64,000 bases of DNA, taken from NCBI GenBank assembly GCA_965205265.1, contig CBDBGH010000003.1, forward strand, positions 1,280,001 through 1,344,000, written 5' to 3'. Origin of the DNA: Alphaproteobacteria bacterium (GTDB lineage Bacteria > Pseudomonadota > Alphaproteobacteria > Bin95). The notes under the pieces are model-generated. The model was not told the DNA's origin, ran no database searches, and was given only the letters and a program-made list of their open reading frames with translations. The translations under genes and the position numbers were made by a program. The stretch's first letter is position 1. Every line of letters begins with the position of its first letter. Below, in pieces: positions 60,052 to 64,000 of the stretch.

Positions 60052-60618
60052 AGCCCGTCAAGCCCGCGCTCGGCAAAACGCCGCCGCCATTTGCCGACCG
60101 TATTCGCATCCGCTCCCAAGCGCGCAACTATCGCCTTGTTCTCCAGACCCTCAGCAGCAGCCAGGACAATCCGAGCCCGACGCGCCAGTCCCTGCGCCGT
60201 CTTCCGACGCCGCGCCAAACCCTCCAACTCTCGTCGTTCTGCTGCCGACAAAGTAATCGCGACCGCTGCTCTCCCCACCGGTCAGCCCTCCATCAAAACC
60301 GATAATCTTATTCTAATAAACTTCTCGATCAGGATACTAGTTGTAGACGTTCTCCAGTTCCTTCTGCCCCCAGGCGGCGATCGCCTTGGGGTCCTCGCCC
60401 TGAACGGCGCGGGCGAACATGTCCACGACGATGTATTTTTCCGCCGCTTCGCCGGACGCGCGGTTCCACGGGCCGGCATGGCCGTAGCTGCGCCCGTATT
60501 TGGCGTTTGTGCTGAAGATGCCGAGCGCCGGGTCGGAGGTCCACACCGGGTGGTCCTCCCATTTCGGCGTCAGGCCCTGCACATAGCCGCTGTTCACCGA
60601 AATGAACTGGCTGAAATT
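60052..60618. repeat. 567-bp direct repeat, right copy (includes truncated IS630 at 60052-60339)
   Basis: Begins immediately after the IS1634 TIR; matches 57569-58135. Confidence 0.93.
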
Positions 60619-61647
60619 GTCGTCCTGGAACATGAAGCGGATGAAGTCCGCCGCCGCATCCTTTTCTTCGGAATAGCTCATGATCGCAGGACTGCGCGGA
60701 CCGATGACGTGGTAGCGCCCGCCGGGGCCTTCCGGATTGTTGACGTGGGCCAGCTTGTCCGCGAGGTCCGGGAACTTGCGCCGGGCGACGAAGTAGATGC
60801 TGGCGCCGTTCAGGGTCGCGCCGATGGTCTGGCCGAGGAAGGCGCGGTTGTTGCTGGTGTCGTCCCAGGCAAGCCCGCCCGGATCGCAGGCCGCTTCCCA
60901 GAACTCCTTGCAGAAGGCGAGCGCCCGATGGGTCTCGGGCGAATCGACGACGACCTTGCCGGACTCGTCCACTTCCATGCCGCCGAAGCTCCACAGCAGC
61001 GGATAGGCGAAGGACGGGGCGTCGCCGAAGGTGTGGACGAGCGTCTGGCCGACCGGCAGGTTGGCGTTCTTCAGCGCCGTGCCGACGGCGAGATACTCGT
61101 CCCAGGTGTTGGGCGCGGCGAGGCCGAGTTCGTCGAACACGTCCTTGCGATAGACGATGGCGTTGCCGATGTTGAACAGCGGCACGGCGCGCGCCACGCC
61201 GTCCACCACGACCGCGCCGTTGGCCCAGTCGTAGATGTCGCCGCCGGCGAGTTCGCCCATCAGGGAGCCATGGTCGTCGAGGCCGTTGGCGAACAGATGC
61301 GGCTGGTTGTTGATGAGCAGCATGACATCCGCGCCCTTGCCGCTTTCGATGGCGGCCGTGATGCGCGGGGTCATGTCGTTCTGGTTAATCATCTCGACCG
61401 TGACTTCGACGCCCGTGGCCTTGGTGAACTCCTCGGCCTGGCGCCTGATCTCCGTGTCGGCGTCGGGAATGAAGCTGCTCCATTGCAGGTAGTGCAGCTT
61501 GCGGCTCTGCGCGTAGGCCGGCGGCTTGCCGCCGAGAAACGCCCCCGCGGCAACGACGGCGCCGACAGCGGTGGTCTTCTTCACGAAATCGCGGCGCGTC
61601 ACGCTGGAGCGCTTTTGCGCAGGCTGAAGCTGGCCGGTCTTCTTCAT
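60337..61647 (-). CDS. carbohydrate ABC transporter substrate-binding protein, Tat-exported
   Basis: TRRDFVK twin-arginine signal; VYRKD, PNTWDEY; first gene of the sugar ABC operon. Confidence 0.92.
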   Translation of the reverse strand: MKKTGQLQPAQKRSSVTRRDFVKKTTAVGAVVAAGAFLGGKPPAYAQSRKLHYLQWSSFIPDADTEIRRQAEEFTKATGVEVTVEMINQNDMTPRITAAIESGKGADVMLLINNQPHLFANGLDDHGSLMGELAGGDIYDWANGAVVVDGVARAVPLFNIGNAIVYRKDVFDELGLAAPNTWDEYLAVGTALKNANLPVGQTLVHTFGDAPSFAYPLLWSFGGMEVDESGKVVVDSPETHRALAFCKEFWEAACDPGGLAWDDTSNNRAFLGQTIGATLNGASIYFVARRKFPDLADKLAHVNNPEGPGGRYHVIGPRSPAIMSYSEEKDAAADFIRFMFQDDNFSQFISVNSGYVQGLTPKWEDHPVWTSDPALGIFSTNAKYGRSYGHAGPWNRASGEAAEKYIVVDMFARAVQGEDPKAIAAWGQKELENVYN

Positions 61648-61779
61648 GCGGTTTTCTCCCTACTCAAGGAAACGGAAGCATCGGCGCATGGGCGACACTT
61701 CGTGGAAACAGCGTATCCGCCGCAGTCGGAATGTCCACCGCCAATATGGACAAGGGACGAGCAAGCAGGAGAAGCGGAG

Positions 61780-62079
61780 TCAGGCGGAAGCCGCTGCGGC
61801 CTCGTTCATGAACGCCGCCAGCTTTACATCGAGCTCCGTCACGCCGCCGGCGCTGTGGGTGGCGAGGGTGACTTCGACGCGGTTATAGACGTTGAACCAT
61901 TCGGGGTGGTGGTCCATGCGCTCGGCGGCCAGCGCGGAGCGCGTCATGAAGGCGAAGGCGGCGGTGAAGTCCCCGAACTGGAACGTGCGCTGGATGGCGT
62001 CCCGGCCCTCGACCTCGCTCCAGCCTTCAAGCGCCGCCAGCGCGTCCCGGCGCTCGCTACCGGTGAGCTTTTCGGCCAT
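61780..62079 (-). CDS. phhB: pterin-4-alpha-carbinolamine dehydratase
   Basis: [30 protein letters not shown]. Confidence 0.94.
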   Translation of the reverse strand: MAEKLTGSERRDALAALEGWSEVEGRDAIQRTFQFGDFTAAFAFMTRSALAAERMDHHPEWFNVYNRVEVTLATHSAGGVTELDVKLAAFMNEAAAASA

Positions 62080-62120
62080 GATCCGCGCCTCCGAAACCGT
62101 GTGCCCTCTGCCGCCCGACG

Positions 62121-62525
62121 ATGCCTGAGAGAACCGCGCCTGTCCATCCGCCGAGCCTCGACGACCTTGCCGCCTGGGCCGAGGCCGCCTATGCCGAACT
62201 GCCGGCGTCCTTCCAGCGCCTCACGGCCGACATCGTCTTCCGGGTGGACGAGTTCCCGGACGAGGAGACCGAGCGCGAGATGGAGCTGGAGAGCCCGTTC
62301 GACCTGATGGGCCTCTATCGCGGCGTCTCGCTCGACCGGAAAAGCGTGTCGGCGGGCGCAGACGATGTGGACTATGTGTTTCTCTATCGCCGCCCGATCC
62401 TCGACTACTGGTGCGAGACCGGCGAGGACCTGAAACATATCGTGCGCCATGTGCTGGTCCACGAGATCGGCCACCATTTCGGCCTTTCCGACGAGGACAT
62501 GGAAGCCATCGAGGCGCAGGCCTGA
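62121..62525 (+). CDS. zincin-like metallopeptidase (Zincin_1)
   Basis: [26 protein letters not shown]. Confidence 0.88.
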   Translation: MPERTAPVHPPSLDDLAAWAEAAYAELPASFQRLTADIVFRVDEFPDEETEREMELESPFDLMGLYRGVSLDRKSVSAGADDVDYVFLYRRPILDYWCETGEDLKHIVRHVLVHEIGHHFGLSDEDMEAIEAQA

Positions 62526-62535
62526 GGGGAAAGCC

Positions 62536-63531
62536 ATGAGCAACAAGGCCGCCGTCATCCACGAAAAGGGTCCGCCCGACGTCTTCCGCTGGGAGGACTG
62601 GCCGGTAGGCGAGCCGGGCCCGGGCGAGGCGCTGATCCGGCACGGCGCCATCGGGGTGAACTATATCGACACCTATAACCGGCGCGGCATGCCGCATCCC
62701 TGGCCGGCGCCGGCGCTGCCCTTCGTGCTGGGCATCGAAGGTGCGGGGACCGTGGAGGCGGTCGGAGAGGGCGTGACCGAATGCGCGGTCGGCGACCGGG
62801 TCTCCTACGCCAGCCCGCCGCACGGCGCCTATGCGCAGCGCCGGGTGATGCCGGCAAGGCGGCTGGTGAAGCTGCCGGACGGCGTCTCCGACGAGGACGC
62901 CGCCGGCATGACGCTCAAGGGCCTGACCGCCCAGTATCTGCTCCGCCGGACCTACCGTGTGCAGCCGGGCGACCCGGTGCTGATCCATGCGGCGGCCGGC
63001 GGCATGGGCCTCATCCTCTGCCAGTGGGCAAAGCATCTGGGTGCGACCGTGATCGGCACGGTCTCGACCGACGAGAAGGCCGAACTCGCCAGGGCCCACG
63101 GCGCCGACCATATCGCCGTCTATGCGCGCGAGGACTTCGTGCCGCTGGTGATGGAGGTGACGGAAGGCAAGGGCTGCCCGGTGGTCTATGAGAGCATCGG
63201 CAGGGACACCTTCACCCGCTCGCTCGACTGCCTGCGCCCGCTTGGCGTCATGGCGAGCTACGGCCACGCTTCCGGCGCGCCGGACCCGGTCGATGTGGTG
63301 GAGCTCGGCGCGCGTGGTTCGCTGTTCGTCACCCGCCCGGCGATCATGCACTACATGGAGAAACGCGAGGACCTGGTCGCTTCGGCGAAGGAGCTGTTCG
63401 AGGTCATGTCGTCGGGAGCGGTGCCGGCGACCGTCCGCCACCGCTATCCGCTGCGCGAGGCGGCCGAGGTCCATCGCGCTCTCGAAGAGCGGCGCACCAC
63501 GGGCTCGATCGTGCTTCTGCCGTTTGCGTGA
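62536..63531 (+). CDS. qor: NADPH:quinone oxidoreductase (zeta-crystallin family)
   Basis: GVNYIDTY, LKGLTAQYL, HAAAGGMG, GSLFVTRP, TTGSIVL. Confidence 0.88.
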   Translation: MSNKAAVIHEKGPPDVFRWEDWPVGEPGPGEALIRHGAIGVNYIDTYNRRGMPHPWPAPALPFVLGIEGAGTVEAVGEGVTECAVGDRVSYASPPHGAYAQRRVMPARRLVKLPDGVSDEDAAGMTLKGLTAQYLLRRTYRVQPGDPVLIHAAAGGMGLILCQWAKHLGATVIGTVSTDEKAELARAHGADHIAVYAREDFVPLVMEVTEGKGCPVVYESIGRDTFTRSLDCLRPLGVMASYGHASGAPDPVDVVELGARGSLFVTRPAIMHYMEKREDLVASAKELFEVMSSGAVPATVRHRYPLREAAEVHRALEERRTTGSIVLLPFA

Positions 63532-63610
63532 GGCATCCGGCGCCCCTTGACGCGGGAAGCGCCGGGTCGCAGCCTCGCGACGACGGCAATTCAAGCGGGA
63601 GAAGGAACCT

Positions 63611-64000
63611 ATGGCCGACTATGCGGTCGTCTGGCCCCGGGGCGAGAAGGCGCAGGAGATGCAGGCGCTGGCGCCGCGCCTCGACAGCCTCGAGGGCAAG
63701 CGCGTCGCCTTCCTCTGGGACTATCTGTTCCGGGGCGACGAGATCTTCCCGATGCTGGCCGACGGGCTGGCGGAACGCTATCCGGGCGTCGATTTCATCG
63801 GCTACGACGTCTTCGGCTCCACGCATGGCGACGAGGAGCGCGAGATCGTCGCCTCCCTGCCGGACCGGCTGAAGGACCTCAGGGCCGACGCCGTCATCTC
63901 CGGGATGGGCTGCTGAGGCTCCTGCACTCCCGCCGTGTTGCGGGTGAGCGCAGTGGCAGAAGCGGCGGGCGTGCCGTCCTCATCGCTGGTCTGCGAAGGC
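63611..64000 (+). CDS. UGSC-family selenoprotein (in-frame TGA at 63914-63916 read as Sec); runs off the window
   Basis: ...ADAVISGMGC-TGA-GSCTPAVLRVSAVAEAAGVPSSSLVCEG; frame stays open with normal codon usage; hairpin just downstream; selAB in the same window. Confidence 0.85.
63922..63953 (+). promoter_or_regulatory. putative bacterial SECIS element
   Basis: CTGC-A-CT-CCCGC[CGTGTT]GCGGG-TG-AG-C-GCAG; apical loop follows the TGA after a 17-nt spacer and has GU at loop positions 2-3. Confidence 0.7.

Overview
High-GC (roughly 70%) chromosomal segment, most likely from an alphaproteobacterium (inferred from gene order and from CGTC-type palindromic repeats). It is mostly housekeeping and catabolic genes: gltBD, dihydropyrimidinase, purH, a CoxD/E/XdhC/MocA molybdoenzyme-maturation cluster, prpF, prpB, plsC-ydcF, a probable 3-sulfinopropionyl-CoA desulfinase, an acyl-CoA ligase/Liv-type ABC operon, selA-selB, a sugar-type ABC operon and phhB. 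Three toxin-antitoxin loci and a solitary adenine methyltransferase are interspersed. The most notable signals are structural. (1) An IS1634-family element (58136-60051) is flanked by a 567-bp direct repeat that duplicates the left end of a neighbouring IS630 and the 3' end of an ABC binding-protein gene, so both stay intact. (2) A small non-autonomous element has inserted twice into the same 9-bp site of a REP hairpin and itself carries a REP dimer. At 26.5-27.2 kb it forms a four-layer nest at the position where ftsEX normally lies. (3) A UGSC-type selenoprotein with an in-frame TGA and a SECIS-like hairpin runs off the right edge. (4) There is a DEDDh exonuclease-CBS-DUF294 nucleotidyltransferase fusion. 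No rRNA, tRNA or CRISPR array was seen. All calls come from reading the sequence and the ORF track; no searches were run.
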